A stretch of 64,000 nt of DNA from Candidatus Nanoperiomorbaceae bacterium (GTDB taxonomy: Bacteria; Patescibacteriota; Saccharimonadia; Saccharimonadales; Saccharimonadaceae): assembly GCA_049297855.1 (NCBI GenBank), contig JBAQVB010000006.1, positions 1,958 through 65,957 of the forward strand. The letters are read 5' to 3'. The notes below the pieces were generated by a model. It did not search any database and was not told where the DNA came from. It saw only the letters and a list, made by a program, of their open reading frames with translations. Positions within the stretch are counted from its first letter, which is position 1. The number at the start of each line of letters is the position of its first letter. A program made the translations under genes and the position numbers. Positions 38,370-47,996 of this stretch are shown here, one piece after another.

Positions 38370-38987
38370 ATGGCAGTTGATAGAACACCGATCGTCAAAC
38401 AATCGCGTCGCGAAGGCTACGCGTTGCACCCGAAAGCGGTCAAAATCATGGCGCGTAAAACCGGCATTCCCGGTCAACACGCCCACGGTCGCCAGGGCAA
38501 ACCGAGTTTGTACCTGACACAGTTGCGCGAAAAACAAAAGGTGCGCCGCATTTACGGTTTGCTGGAAAAACAATTCGCGCGTTTAATACACGAGGCCGAA
38601 CGCCAGGACGGTTTGAGTGGCGAAAACCTGCTGAAGCTCTTGGAGCGTCGCCTTGATAACGTCGTTTATCGCGCCGGTTTTGCAACCAGTCGTCGTCAGG
38701 CGCGTCAGTTAGTGACGCACGGCCAATTCATTTTGAACGGTCGCCGCGTCGATATTCCGTCGATCCGCATCAAAATCGGCGACGAGATCGTCGTCCGACC
38801 AAAAGCGCAAAAGAACGGCTACTTCGCGAATCTTGAAGAGATTTCGCGTGACGCCATGACACAACCAGTGGCCTGGATCAAATCCGATCCGAAAAAAGAA
38901 ACGATCAAGGTCATCGCTTTGCCAACTCGCGAAAACGCCGAACCGGACATCAATGAACAATTAATCGTCGAGTATTACTCGCGCTAA
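38370..38987 (+). CDS. rpsD: 30S ribosomal protein S4
   Basis: 205 aa. RLDNVVYRAGFATSRRQARQLVTHG (S4 domain). Confidence 0.96.
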   Translation: MAVDRTPIVKQSRREGYALHPKAVKIMARKTGIPGQHAHGRQGKPSLYLTQLREKQKVRRIYGLLEKQFARLIHEAERQDGLSGENLLKLLERRLDNVVYRAGFATSRRQARQLVTHGQFILNGRRVDIPSIRIKIGDEIVVRPKAQKNGYFANLEEISRDAMTQPVAWIKSDPKKETIKVIALPTRENAEPDINEQLIVEYYSR

Positions 38988-39004
38988 AAAGGGAGGACCA
39001 TTAA

Positions 39005-39922
39005 ATGAGTAAAAATATCTTAAATCCAAGTCTCGCCAGCGTGGAAGAAATCGCACCGAATAGCGCAGTTTTCACGGTGGAGCCGCTGGCTCCGGGCTAC
39101 GGCCAAACTCTGGGTAACAGCTTGCGGCGTGTCTTGCTAAGCTCGATTGAGGGCGCGGCGATTGCGGCCTTCAAAATTGACGGCGTTAGCCATGAATTCA
39201 CAACTATTCCCGGTGTTAAAGAGGATGTCGTCGAGATTTCGTTGAATCTAAAATCGGTCGTTGTGACGTCACATGCAGATCACCCGGTCGAGTTGACGCT
39301 CCATAAAAAAGGCACCGGCGCAGTGACGGCGGGTGATTTCGCGAAAAACTCCGAAGTTACAATTGTTGATCCGACCGCCGTGATCGCCACGATTGATGAC
39401 CCGAAGACCGAACTCAAACTGACGGCCATCGTCGAAACCGGTCGCGGTTATGAAACGATTGAGGAATCGAGCAAAAATCGCCTACACAGTGACACGATCG
39501 CGCTCGACGCCATGTTCAGCCCAGTGTCGCGTGTGCGTTACAGCGTGGAAAATACCCGTGTTGGCGACGACGTCAACCTCGATAAATTGACTTTGACGGT
39601 CGACACCGACGGTAGTATCGAGCCACGAACGGCATTTGAACAAGCGGCAGCAATCTTGGTCACGCAATATCAGGCCCTGGCTGGCCAAACCGTCATCGAA
39701 AACGATGCACCTAACGATAACACTAGTGGCGCTGATGTGTTGAGCTTGCCAATTGAGGAGCTGAATCTATCGGCTCGCACCACTAATGCGCTGATCAGCA
39801 ACGATATCAAAACCGTTAATGATTTGGTTAATTTAACCGACGAAGAGTTGGACGATCTCAAAGGCTTTGGCGCCAAGGCCCGCGAAGAAGTCAAAACTCG
39901 CGTCGCGGAATTAGAGTTTTAA
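39005..39922 (+). CDS. rpoA: DNA-directed RNA polymerase subunit alpha
   Basis: 305 aa. GYGQTLGNSLRRVLLSS at the N-terminus. C-terminal domain LSARTTNALISNDIKTVNDL. Confidence 0.96.
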   Translation: MSKNILNPSLASVEEIAPNSAVFTVEPLAPGYGQTLGNSLRRVLLSSIEGAAIAAFKIDGVSHEFTTIPGVKEDVVEISLNLKSVVVTSHADHPVELTLHKKGTGAVTAGDFAKNSEVTIVDPTAVIATIDDPKTELKLTAIVETGRGYETIEESSKNRLHSDTIALDAMFSPVSRVRYSVENTRVGDDVNLDKLTLTVDTDGSIEPRTAFEQAAAILVTQYQALAGQTVIENDAPNDNTSGADVLSLPIEELNLSARTTNALISNDIKTVNDLVNLTDEELDDLKGFGAKAREEVKTRVAELEF

Positions 39923-39951
39923 AGTAAAGTAAAGTAAGCAGGAAGGAAAAT

Positions 39952-40428
39952 ATGCATAGGAACGGATATAGAGGTCGAAAATTCGGCCGCGAACGGGACC
40001 AGCGTCGTGCGCTAATGCGCGGACTGACGCGTAGCCTGTTCATTTATACCTCGATTGAAACGACTTTGCCGAAGGCAAAGGAATTGCGTCCAGTCGCGGA
40101 AAAACTAATCAGCAAAGCTAAAAAAGGTGGCCTGGCCAATCGTCGCGCTGTGATCGCAGCGCTCGGTAACGACGTTGCGACCGGCAACCGTTTGGTCGAC
40201 GCCATCGCACCACAAATCGCACGTGGCTCAGGCTATTTGCGCATCACGCGCTCGGATAAGTTCCGAGTCGGCGATCATACGGAACTGGCTACGATCGAAT
40301 TTGTTGACGACATCAAGGATCTGAAAAAAGGCGAAAAAGCCGTCAAAGCCGCCGAAGTAAAACAACCTGACGTGAAGGCCGAAGCTACGAAATCGGCCGC
40401 GTCTCCGGATAAAAAGGAGAAGAAGTAA
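39952..40428 (+). CDS. rplQ: 50S ribosomal protein L17 (Lys/Ala/Glu-rich C-terminal tail)
   Basis: 158 aa. GRKFGRERDQRRALMRGL motif. Confidence 0.94.
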   Translation: MHRNGYRGRKFGRERDQRRALMRGLTRSLFIYTSIETTLPKAKELRPVAEKLISKAKKGGLANRRAVIAALGNDVATGNRLVDAIAPQIARGSGYLRITRSDKFRVGDHTELATIEFVDDIKDLKKGEKAVKAAEVKQPDVKAEATKSAASPDKKEKK

Positions 40429-40868
40429 TGGCAGAAAAATTAGCAACTTTTAAAACTTACAGCAAAAAGGCCGGCGAAGTTGCCCACAAATGGGTGCTAG
40501 TCGACGTGACGGATTTACCGCTAGGCCGTGCCGCCAGCTTTATTGCGACGCGCCTGACCGGCAAATATAGCCCGGATTTTACGACACATATGGACGGTGG
40601 CGATTATGTCGTGGTAATTAATGCCGATAAAATCGTCTTCAACGGTAACGAAACGACTAAAAAATACTATCGCCACAGCGGTTTTGTGGGCAATTTACAC
40701 GAAAAATCCGCTAAGGATACGTCCCGCAGCGAAATGCTCGAGAAATCCGTCAAAGGCATGTTACCAAAGAACAAACTACAATCCAATCGCTTGGCGCGTC
40801 TACGCATTTTTGCCGACGCCAAGCACGATCACGCGGCGCAAAATCCGCAGAAAGTCGAGGTGAAATAA
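40428..40868 (+). CDS. rplM: 50S ribosomal protein L13
   Basis: 146 aa. KWVLVDVTDLPLGRAAS and YYRHSGF motifs. 1-nt overlap with rplQ. Confidence 0.95.
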   Translation: MAEKLATFKTYSKKAGEVAHKWVLVDVTDLPLGRAASFIATRLTGKYSPDFTTHMDGGDYVVVINADKIVFNGNETTKKYYRHSGFVGNLHEKSAKDTSRSEMLEKSVKGMLPKNKLQSNRLARLRIFADAKHDHAAQNPQKVEVK

Positions 40869-41269
40869 TGGCTAGTAAACAATATTTCTACGGTCTCGGT
40901 CGACGCAAAGCCGCCACGGCCACGGCGCGTTTATACGCTAGCGGCAAAGGCAACATCACGATCAATGACAAATCAGCCGACAAGTTTTTTGACGGCAATA
41001 AAGCTTTGATCGCCGAATTAACCGATCCGCTGGCGGTCGTCAGCAAACAGAAAGATTTCGATATCACCATCCTCGTTAAAGGTGGCGGAACATCGGGCCA
41101 AGTTGACGCGATTAAACTCGCCATCAGCAAAGCTCTGGCCGGAATCAACGATGACCTCAAGGGTACACTCGGCAAAGCCGGATTTTTGCGACGCGATTCG
41201 CGCGTAGTGGAACGCAAAAAATACGGTCTACGCGGCGCCCGCAAACGCGAACAGTTCAGTAAGCGCTAA
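40868..41269 (+). CDS. rpsI: 30S ribosomal protein S9
   Basis: 133 aa. GLGRRKAATA motif, ends ...RKREQFSKR. Confidence 0.96.
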   Translation: MASKQYFYGLGRRKAATATARLYASGKGNITINDKSADKFFDGNKALIAELTDPLAVVSKQKDFDITILVKGGGTSGQVDAIKLAISKALAGINDDLKGTLGKAGFLRRDSRVVERKKYGLRGARKREQFSKR

Positions 41270-41331
41270 AACATTCGGGCTGTCGCGACCGCTGAAACCG
41301 CGACAAAAACAAGAGACTGACCGCTCTAAAA

Positions 41332-41358
41332 CCTCCGACAAGTGCCGGAGGTTTTATT
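41332..41358 (+). terminator. Rho-independent terminator after rpsI
   Basis: Stem CCTCCG/CGGAGG (41332-37 / 41346-51) with an 8-nt loop, then TTTTATTATT. Confidence 0.65.
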
Positions 41359-41517
41359 ATTGATGAAAACACAAGGTAAGCGGATAATATTTTTATATAT
41401 ACTTTACGAACTCCATGGCAACCGACAGGGATTTTTAATTTCGCGTTCCTCTTGTGCTAATATAAATACTGATATACAATAAGGACAGTAATTAATTCAA
41501 TAAGGAAACTATATATA

Positions 41518-42049
41518 ATGATTAGCGATAAATCCATTGCGACGACCAAAACATCTGCAGACATAAACGAGAATACCCCCCCACCGAGCTAGTGGCTTCA
41601 CCATTATCGAGGTAGCGTTGGTTTTAGCTATCGCTGGGCTTATCTTTCTCGTGGTATTTATCGCCTGGCCAGCGTTACAAAATTCGCAAAAAGATACGGC
41701 GTTACGTCAGGATACCGGCCGCATCGCCAGCGCCCTGGAGTCAATAATGGTGGATAATCAAGGAGAGCTAGACACTCATCTTGTTTCTTCCACGATTCAA
41801 AACTATGCTGGCAAGTTAAGTGTTATTAATAATATTCGGGTGTTACCGTGGTGGTCAAATAAAGCTAATAACATGCTAAATCATAGCACGGCGGTAGTTT
41901 ATGACAACGCAAGCTGCCCACTACATCTCGGTTCTAGCAACCAAAACACAAATCCAATATTTGGCTTTTCTAATAGCAGTCCAATAATAAATGGCGCCGC
42001 TGTCGTGGTTTGGCTCAACTCTGGCGCCTTGTACTGTGTAGGAGTGTAA
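41518..42049 (+). CDS. Type IV pilin-like protein, copy 3. The reading frame is interrupted at the poly-C tract in the leader (frame OFF as assembled).
   Basis: ATG 41518 gives MISDKSIATTKTSADINENTPPPS and stops at TAG 41590-92. Body frame runs from GGC 41594: G|FTIIEVALVLAIAGLIFLVVFIAWPALQNSQKD... to stop 42049. C-terminal Cys pair (SCPL...LYCVGV). One C fewer restores the frame. Confidence 0.8.
41576..41582 (+). repeat. C7 homopolymer within pilin copy 3 leader codons
   Basis: Counted directly: 7 consecutive C. Confidence 0.95.
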
Positions 42050-42126
42050 TATTATATCGTGCAAACAATTCGCGAACATCTTACAGAGTTGAGCCGTGCA
42101 ACACGCTCGCATAGTCCAGCAAAAAA

Positions 42127-42135
42127 TGCTAAAAT
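42127..42135 (+). promoter_or_regulatory. Extended -10 (TGcTAAAAT) 6 nt upstream of the trpS ATG
   Basis: Sequence motif only. Confidence 0.45.
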
Positions 42136-42141
42136 AGATTT

Positions 42142-43191
42142 ATGAATGATTACAAAAAAATCATCTTAACTGGTGATCGCCCTACTGGAAAATTACACCT
42201 TGGCCATTATGTCGGCAGTTTACGCAACCGCGTCAAACTCCAAAACAGCGGTGAGTATGAAACTTTCATCATGATCGCCGACACGCAGGCGCTGACCGAT
42301 AATGCACACGATCCGGAAAAAATTCGCGATAATTTGTTGAATGTGGCGCTCGATTACTTAGCGGTTGGCGTCGATCCGACCAAATCAACCGTCTTTATTC
42401 AGAGTGCGATTCCGGCATTACCCGAACTGACGACGTATTATATGAATCTAGTGTCGCTGAATCGTGTATTGCGTAACCCAACGGTCAAAACCGAAATCGA
42501 GCAAAAACAGATGGGCGAGAGTGTCCCGGCCGGTTTTGCCATGTATCCGGTGTCGCAGGCGGCCGACATTACGGCTTTTCGTGCCACGCACGTGCCAGTC
42601 GGCATCGATCAAGAGCCGATGCTTGAACAAACACGCGAAATAGTGCGGGCGGTCAATTCAACTTACGGTGCCGATTTATTGGTCGAACCCGAAGGCGTTT
42701 TCCCAACCGACGAAACCGCGAAGCGTTTACCCGGCCTGGACAGCAACGCCAAAATGTCCAAATCTCTGAATAACGGAATTTATCTATCCGACGACGAACA
42801 GACCTTGCACGATAAAGTTTTCAGCATGTACACCGATCCGCGCCACGTCAAAATCAGTGATCCGGGACACATCGCCGGTAACACGGTTTTCACTTATCTC
42901 GATGTTTTCGCGCCAATGACGAAAAATGTCGAGCGAAATCTGGCCAAAGTTGCCGAACTAAAATCTGCTTACCAAAAAGGCGGCCTGGGCGATGTTGCAA
43001 CTAAGCAATTTTTGTTCGAAATTTTGAACGAAATTTTAACGCCGATTCGCCAACGTCGCGCCGAATTCGCCAAAGATACTGCCAAAGTTTACGAAATTTT
43101 ACGCGCCGGTAACATGCGCGCCAACACAGTCGCGAACCAAACATTGCATAACGTTAAAACCGCGATTTTCAGCGACAAATATTTAGGATGA
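42142..43191 (+). CDS. trpS: Tryptophanyl-tRNA synthetase
   Basis: 349 aa. TGDRPTGKLHLGHYVG (HIGH region), KMSKS present, AD.QALTD region. Confidence 0.93.
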   Translation: MNDYKKIILTGDRPTGKLHLGHYVGSLRNRVKLQNSGEYETFIMIADTQALTDNAHDPEKIRDNLLNVALDYLAVGVDPTKSTVFIQSAIPALPELTTYYMNLVSLNRVLRNPTVKTEIEQKQMGESVPAGFAMYPVSQAADITAFRATHVPVGIDQEPMLEQTREIVRAVNSTYGADLLVEPEGVFPTDETAKRLPGLDSNAKMSKSLNNGIYLSDDEQTLHDKVFSMYTDPRHVKISDPGHIAGNTVFTYLDVFAPMTKNVERNLAKVAELKSAYQKGGLGDVATKQFLFEILNEILTPIRQRRAEFAKDTAKVYEILRAGNMRANTVANQTLHNVKTAIFSDKYLG

Positions 43192-43230
43192 CTGAAAAAT
43201 GGTGGGCAAAATAATCAAAGGAAATCAATA

Positions 43231-45279
43231 ATGGCACGGCCGGTCATCTTATCGAACGGTTCGCTCGCGGTGGGGCTCGACCAGTTCGGTCAAGTGCGTG
43301 ATTTTTATTATCCCCACGTCGGCACCGAAAATCACGTCAGCCAACGCATTTCTCCCTGGCGCATTGGAATTTTTGTTGATAACGCGATTAGTTGGCTCGA
43401 TAACGGACAATGGAATTTTACGGACGGCTACGACCGGCCGACGCCACGTTATTGGTCCGACAAGGGCATTCCGCGCCTGATTGGAACGACGGCGGCACGT
43501 AATGACAATATAGGCATCGCAATCGAATTCGATGATTTCGTCGACGTTGATATGAATATTTTTTCGCGCAATTTTCACGTTATCAATTTGCGTAACGAAA
43601 CGCGTTCGGTCAAACTTTTCACGCATCAAGCGTTTTTGATCAGCGAATCAAATGACGGCCACGACACGGCGCAATTCGTTCCCGAAGACATGATTTTTGG
43701 CGACGCCAAAGATGTTTTTGATAACCACCACGAGGTGCAACCAACTTGGTGCGGTAATGGCGTAATTTGTCATTATAAAGGACCGCGCGTTTTCATGATC
43801 GATGGACGAAACTTGCAAACCGGTGACGGTTTTGATTCATTCGCAATTGGTAACTACGGCGAGTTTCAGGAATCAGGACGCTACACGCAAACCTTTCGTG
43901 ACGGCGTTTGGCGCGATGCCGAAGACGGTCAATTGTCGCGCAACCCAGTCGAACGCCTCGCCACCGATTCAGTGTTGGAATTCGATTTCAATATCACCGG
44001 TAACGATTCGGCGCGCGCTCACTACGCGGTGGCGGCGGGGAAAACCTTTGCGAAAACCGCAGATACACTCGCTGGATTTCGTTCCGCCACGATCAGCAGT
44101 CGACTAGTTGCAACCAATAACTTTTGGCGCGATTGGATTCGGCCGGCCGTCACGTTTGTTAGTGCGCGTTTGCCCGAAAATTATCACGAAACTTTTTTGC
44201 GCGCCTTACTCGTCGCCAAATCCCACGTCTCACGTAGCGGTGCCGTCATCGCCGCGCTTGATACGGGAATGTTGGACATCACGCGCGACGCTTACGTTGA
44301 TTGTTGGCCACGCGATGCAGCGAACATATTGACGCCGTTTTTGGAAGTTGGTCTGTATGACGAATTATTATCGTTTTTCACTTTTGCACAAAAAGTCATC
44401 ACACCACAAGGTTTTTTCTGGCAAATGTATCGCGCAGACGCCCAAACCGGACCGAGTTCCCATGCCTTCATGGCGGATCCTAAAGGCGGATTTTTGTTAC
44501 CGATTCAGACCGATGAAACGGCGGCTGTGCTCCAATTATTATCAAAAACTTTGCAAAAAACGAAAGCGCGCGCGTCGCTATTCGAAAAATTTAAACCGTT
44601 TTATGATCATTTGGCGGTCCAAATGGCGGATTTTTTGTGCGATTATGTCGAGACTGATGATTTGCCAAAACCGAGTTATGAATTATGGGAAGTGGCGCTC
44701 GAGACGACCTTATTCACCACTGGACTAACTATAGCGGCCTTGTCGGGAGCGTCCGAATGCGCCGAACTTTTTGGTGATCACGATCACGCCAAACGTTGGT
44801 TGGAAGTCGCGCGCAAAATGCATGATGCGGCTAACCAAAAGTTTTGGAATAATAAACGACAATATTTTTATCGTGGTTTTCGCGTCGACGGACAAGCCGA
44901 TGATACGATCGACATCGCCAGTTTGCACGGCGCGGAGCTCGGTAAAATCGGGAACACGGCAACGGCGTATCACACTTTCTGCCAACGTTTCGGCATTACA
45001 GACGATCAAGTTCACGCGCCGCGTTTTGAAAATGATGACTACCACGGCTTTGAAAATCCGTGGTTCATTGCCAGTTTTTGGTTAGCGGAAAGCGAATCTG
45101 CCAACGCAAAATTCACGAGAAATTCATTAGGATTTGCTAAATCATATCTCAATCGATACAACGTGCTAAGTGAGCAATTGACGCGTGGCGACCTTAAACC
45201 AATCGATCCAGCGCCACTGGCCTGGAGTCAGGGCGAATTTATGACCGCAATGTTAAAAGCGTTCAATAAACCAGTTTAA
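43231..45279 (+). CDS. Glycoside hydrolase family 15 (glucoamylase/glucodextranase-like) protein
   Basis: 682 aa. C-terminal (alpha/alpha)6-type region with CWPRDAA, LWEV and PLAWSQGEF motifs typical of GH15. Confidence 0.75.
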   Translation: MARPVILSNGSLAVGLDQFGQVRDFYYPHVGTENHVSQRISPWRIGIFVDNAISWLDNGQWNFTDGYDRPTPRYWSDKGIPRLIGTTAARNDNIGIAIEFDDFVDVDMNIFSRNFHVINLRNETRSVKLFTHQAFLISESNDGHDTAQFVPEDMIFGDAKDVFDNHHEVQPTWCGNGVICHYKGPRVFMIDGRNLQTGDGFDSFAIGNYGEFQESGRYTQTFRDGVWRDAEDGQLSRNPVERLATDSVLEFDFNITGNDSARAHYAVAAGKTFAKTADTLAGFRSATISSRLVATNNFWRDWIRPAVTFVSARLPENYHETFLRALLVAKSHVSRSGAVIAALDTGMLDITRDAYVDCWPRDAANILTPFLEVGLYDELLSFFTFAQKVITPQGFFWQMYRADAQTGPSSHAFMADPKGGFLLPIQTDETAAVLQLLSKTLQKTKARASLFEKFKPFYDHLAVQMADFLCDYVETDDLPKPSYELWEVALETTLFTTGLTIAALSGASECAELFGDHDHAKRWLEVARKMHDAANQKFWNNKRQYFYRGFRVDGQADDTIDIASLHGAELGKIGNTATAYHTFCQRFGITDDQVHAPRFENDDYHGFENPWFIASFWLAESESANAKFTRNSLGFAKSYLNRYNVLSEQLTRGDLKPIDPAPLAWSQGEFMTAMLKAFNKPV

Positions 45280-45292
45280 ATCCAGCGGAGCG

Positions 45293-45949
45293 TTAAATCC
45301 GAGCACGACGCGGTTGTTTAATATGTGTGCGTTTGCCATGCGCGAGAATATCTCGCGCGATTTTGTGGTACTTGGCGGCGCGTTCGGGCTGGTCGTTATG
45401 CTCTAAGGCATCCGCGAAAATATTGATCGATTCCGGGTTCGGCTCCAAGCGCACGGCTTCTTCCAGCTCTGTTAACATTTTGGCAGTTTGGCCTGTCGCT
45501 TCCAGAACTTTAGCATAGGCGATGTGCCGACTGGCCACGTCGTTCTCCAATTTTAGCGCCTGCTCAAACGCCAGTTCGGCTTTGGCTAAATTGCCCGATT
45601 CGTAATAAATCAGACCGACATTATGGAGCGACGACGCACTCGGCTCCAGACTCTGCGCAATTTCAAAACACTCAATGGCGTCACTCAAGTTTTTCTGTTT
45701 GGCGTACAATACGCCGAGCCGATTATAAGCTCGCGCATCGCGCTCATCGACGCGCAAAATAGTTAATAGTGCCTTTTCGGCGTGTAAATATTTTTTATCC
45801 TTGATGGCGTTGCGCGAAATATCCCACAGCTTGTCCAATTGAACCGCGAAACGGGACGAGGATCCAGGCGCAGTAATGCGCGGTCGCCACAATAAAACCG
45901 CTGCCCCCAATACTGCAACTAAAATAATACCTAACATTGCGTTCCCCAT
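45293..45949 (-). CDS. Membrane-anchored tetratricopeptide (TPR) repeat protein
   Basis: 218 aa. N-terminal TM segment followed by 3-4 TPR-like repeats (A..AY..LG..Y...). Confidence 0.75.
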   Translation of the reverse strand: MGNAMLGIILVAVLGAAVLLWRPRITAPGSSSRFAVQLDKLWDISRNAIKDKKYLHAEKALLTILRVDERDARAYNRLGVLYAKQKNLSDAIECFEIAQSLEPSASSLHNVGLIYYESGNLAKAELAFEQALKLENDVASRHIAYAKVLEATGQTAKMLTELEEAVRLEPNPESINIFADALEHNDQPERAAKYHKIARDILAHGKRTHIKQPRRARI

Positions 45950-45967
45950 TGTATCATTTTGTGACAG

Positions 45968-46828
45968 CTATTCAAAGTTGACCGCGAGCGCCAGTAACTG
46001 CGCCTTTAGGTTCGCGTTCATTGCCAAATGATCGAGGGTTGTAGCAATCATTTCCGCGTCGTGCGAGACCGATTGCGATCGTTGCGTCGCCGTCATAAGC
46101 AAAATTTTAGCCAGGTTATTTAGCAAATTCGTCGCCTGATCACGTTCACTTAGCTGACCGATTACGTCAAGTCGCGTGTCCGCCCCACCGGCAAAAAATT
46201 CGCGCGCCATCGTAAAGGCGCGCGACTGGTCGCGAAAATAAACTTCGTCAGTCAACAGCCGTGTCGCTTCGGCCGGCAAGTTAGCGGCTAAAAATTTAAT
46301 CTGCGCCAGCTTTTGAGCAGTTGGTTGACGAAATTGAGCTGGCATCCGCGCTCGTAAATTAGTTGTTAAATCTTCAAATTTAATTGCTGCTGGCATAATT
46401 TCAATATGTGCCACTCGCGAAAAAATAGTCATCGGCAGGGCAGTTGGACGATGCGACGTTAGAATAAAAAATAAATTTTGCCCCGGTTCTTCCAGCGTTT
46501 TTAGGAAAACTTCGGTGGTGGAATTAGTCATTTGATCCGCTTCGTCGATGACCACTACCAATTTTTGAGTGCGCCGATTGCGCGAAATTTTAACGATTGA
46601 GCGAATGTCATCGACGTTAATGTTGAAAGTTTTTTGTTTGTCGTGTTGCACGGGGGCGATGACTATGGTCTGGCTCATCCCAGCTAGCACACAGCCAAGC
46701 GTTCGTGCAATCGTTGACAGACCGACGCCAACCGGACCACTCAAGAGCAACGACTGCACCGGCTGACGTTGATTCGCTTCTAATGCCCGTCGCGATTGGT
46801 CGTTCAAAATTAGCTGATCCCAACTCAT
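45968..46828 (-). CDS. holB: DNA polymerase III delta' subunit
   Basis: 286 aa. LLLSGPVGVGLST (degenerate P-loop), VVVIDEADQMT and FLKTLEEP motifs. Confidence 0.82.
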   Translation of the reverse strand: MSWDQLILNDQSRRALEANQRQPVQSLLLSGPVGVGLSTIARTLGCVLAGMSQTIVIAPVQHDKQKTFNINVDDIRSIVKISRNRRTQKLVVVIDEADQMTNSTTEVFLKTLEEPGQNLFFILTSHRPTALPMTIFSRVAHIEIMPAAIKFEDLTTNLRARMPAQFRQPTAQKLAQIKFLAANLPAEATRLLTDEVYFRDQSRAFTMAREFFAGGADTRLDVIGQLSERDQATNLLNNLAKILLMTATQRSQSVSHDAEMIATTLDHLAMNANLKAQLLALAVNFE

Positions 46829-47970
46829 ATCGTCAGCTCACCGCTTAGTTTAGCTAAATCAAATGCTGGATCACGTCGATGAATTTCCGCTTTAAAATCG
46901 TCAGGTAAGGGCGCCACAAAAGTTCGTCGTACGTTTATGCCATTGTCGTCGGGAATGGTGATTTCCAGTTGCGCAGCGTGTAAAAACAAGCGCGATTTAA
47001 GGCGATCCGATTCAGTCAGACTGGCGTATTTTTTGGCGAATTTTTCGTTATAAATCGGGTCTCCAGCGATCGGGGCATCGATGTAACTGAGGTGAACGCG
47101 TAGTTGGTGCGTGCGCCCCGTGGTCGGCCTTAGCTCAACCAGCCCGCCACCATCCATAAAATGCGCCAAAGTGTTATATTCGGTCAACGCCGATTTTCCA
47201 CTCGCATCAACCCGAAAAGTTGACGGCAACTTGGGATTACGTCCAATCGGCAAATCAATTTTGGCGTGGTCAATTTTTGGCGCCCGATCAACAATTGCCA
47301 AATAGGTTTTATGCGCTTTGCGATCCTGGAACTGTTTTTGTAACAGATGCGCCGCCACCGAGTTTTTCGCCAAAATTAGCACGCCGCTGGTCGCGCGATC
47401 CAGCCGATGCACTATACCGGGACGATTTGATTTAGTTTTGGCAAAAATTTCGTCAACATTCGGTTCTTCATTGTTCGACGTGGACTCGTCATCTATCTTT
47501 TCGTCATAGTGCGCCGATTGATTCGCCATAATTTTAGATTTTGCAAAGTCAGCCACCGTAAATTCATCATTCAAAGCGCCTTTGCTGTGCGTTAAAATTC
47601 CCGCCGGTTTATTAATTACAATTACTTTGTGATTTTCAAAAATTACGTTATTCTCAAAATCCTTAATTTCGTCGATAAAAGTGAGCGCATGTGGCATAAA
47701 AAATTGCACGTCATCAGTCTCTTTCACGCGATATGTAGGATCAATTTGGTGTTTACCGTTAATTTCCACGCGATTATTGGCGATCAGTTTTTGGAATATG
47801 GCTCGCGAGATGTCCGGATTTTCGTCCGCTAAAAATTTGTCTAATCGACGCGATTGAAACGGCACGACCTCGCCGCTAGCAATTTTGTCATTCAACTCGC
47901 GCGCCTCATCACGACTTTTTTTGCGCGCCAAAGCATCACGGCGAACCTTTTCCGCATATCTTTTCTTCAT
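46825..47970 (-). CDS. rluD: RluA-family pseudouridine synthase (RluD-like, S4 domain plus an acidic insertion)
   Basis: 381 aa. RLDKFLA S4-like N-terminus, HRLDRATSGVLILAK catalytic motif and TGRTHQLRVHL. Confidence 0.85.
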   Translation of the reverse strand: MKKRYAEKVRRDALARKKSRDEARELNDKIASGEVVPFQSRRLDKFLADENPDISRAIFQKLIANNRVEINGKHQIDPTYRVKETDDVQFFMPHALTFIDEIKDFENNVIFENHKVIVINKPAGILTHSKGALNDEFTVADFAKSKIMANQSAHYDEKIDDESTSNNEEPNVDEIFAKTKSNRPGIVHRLDRATSGVLILAKNSVAAHLLQKQFQDRKAHKTYLAIVDRAPKIDHAKIDLPIGRNPKLPSTFRVDASGKSALTEYNTLAHFMDGGGLVELRPTTGRTHQLRVHLSYIDAPIAGDPIYNEKFAKKYASLTESDRLKSRLFLHAAQLEITIPDDNGINVRRTFVAPLPDDFKAEIHRRDPAFDLAKLSGELTI

Positions 47971-47996
47971 TATGATTCCATTATAACAGAGGACGT

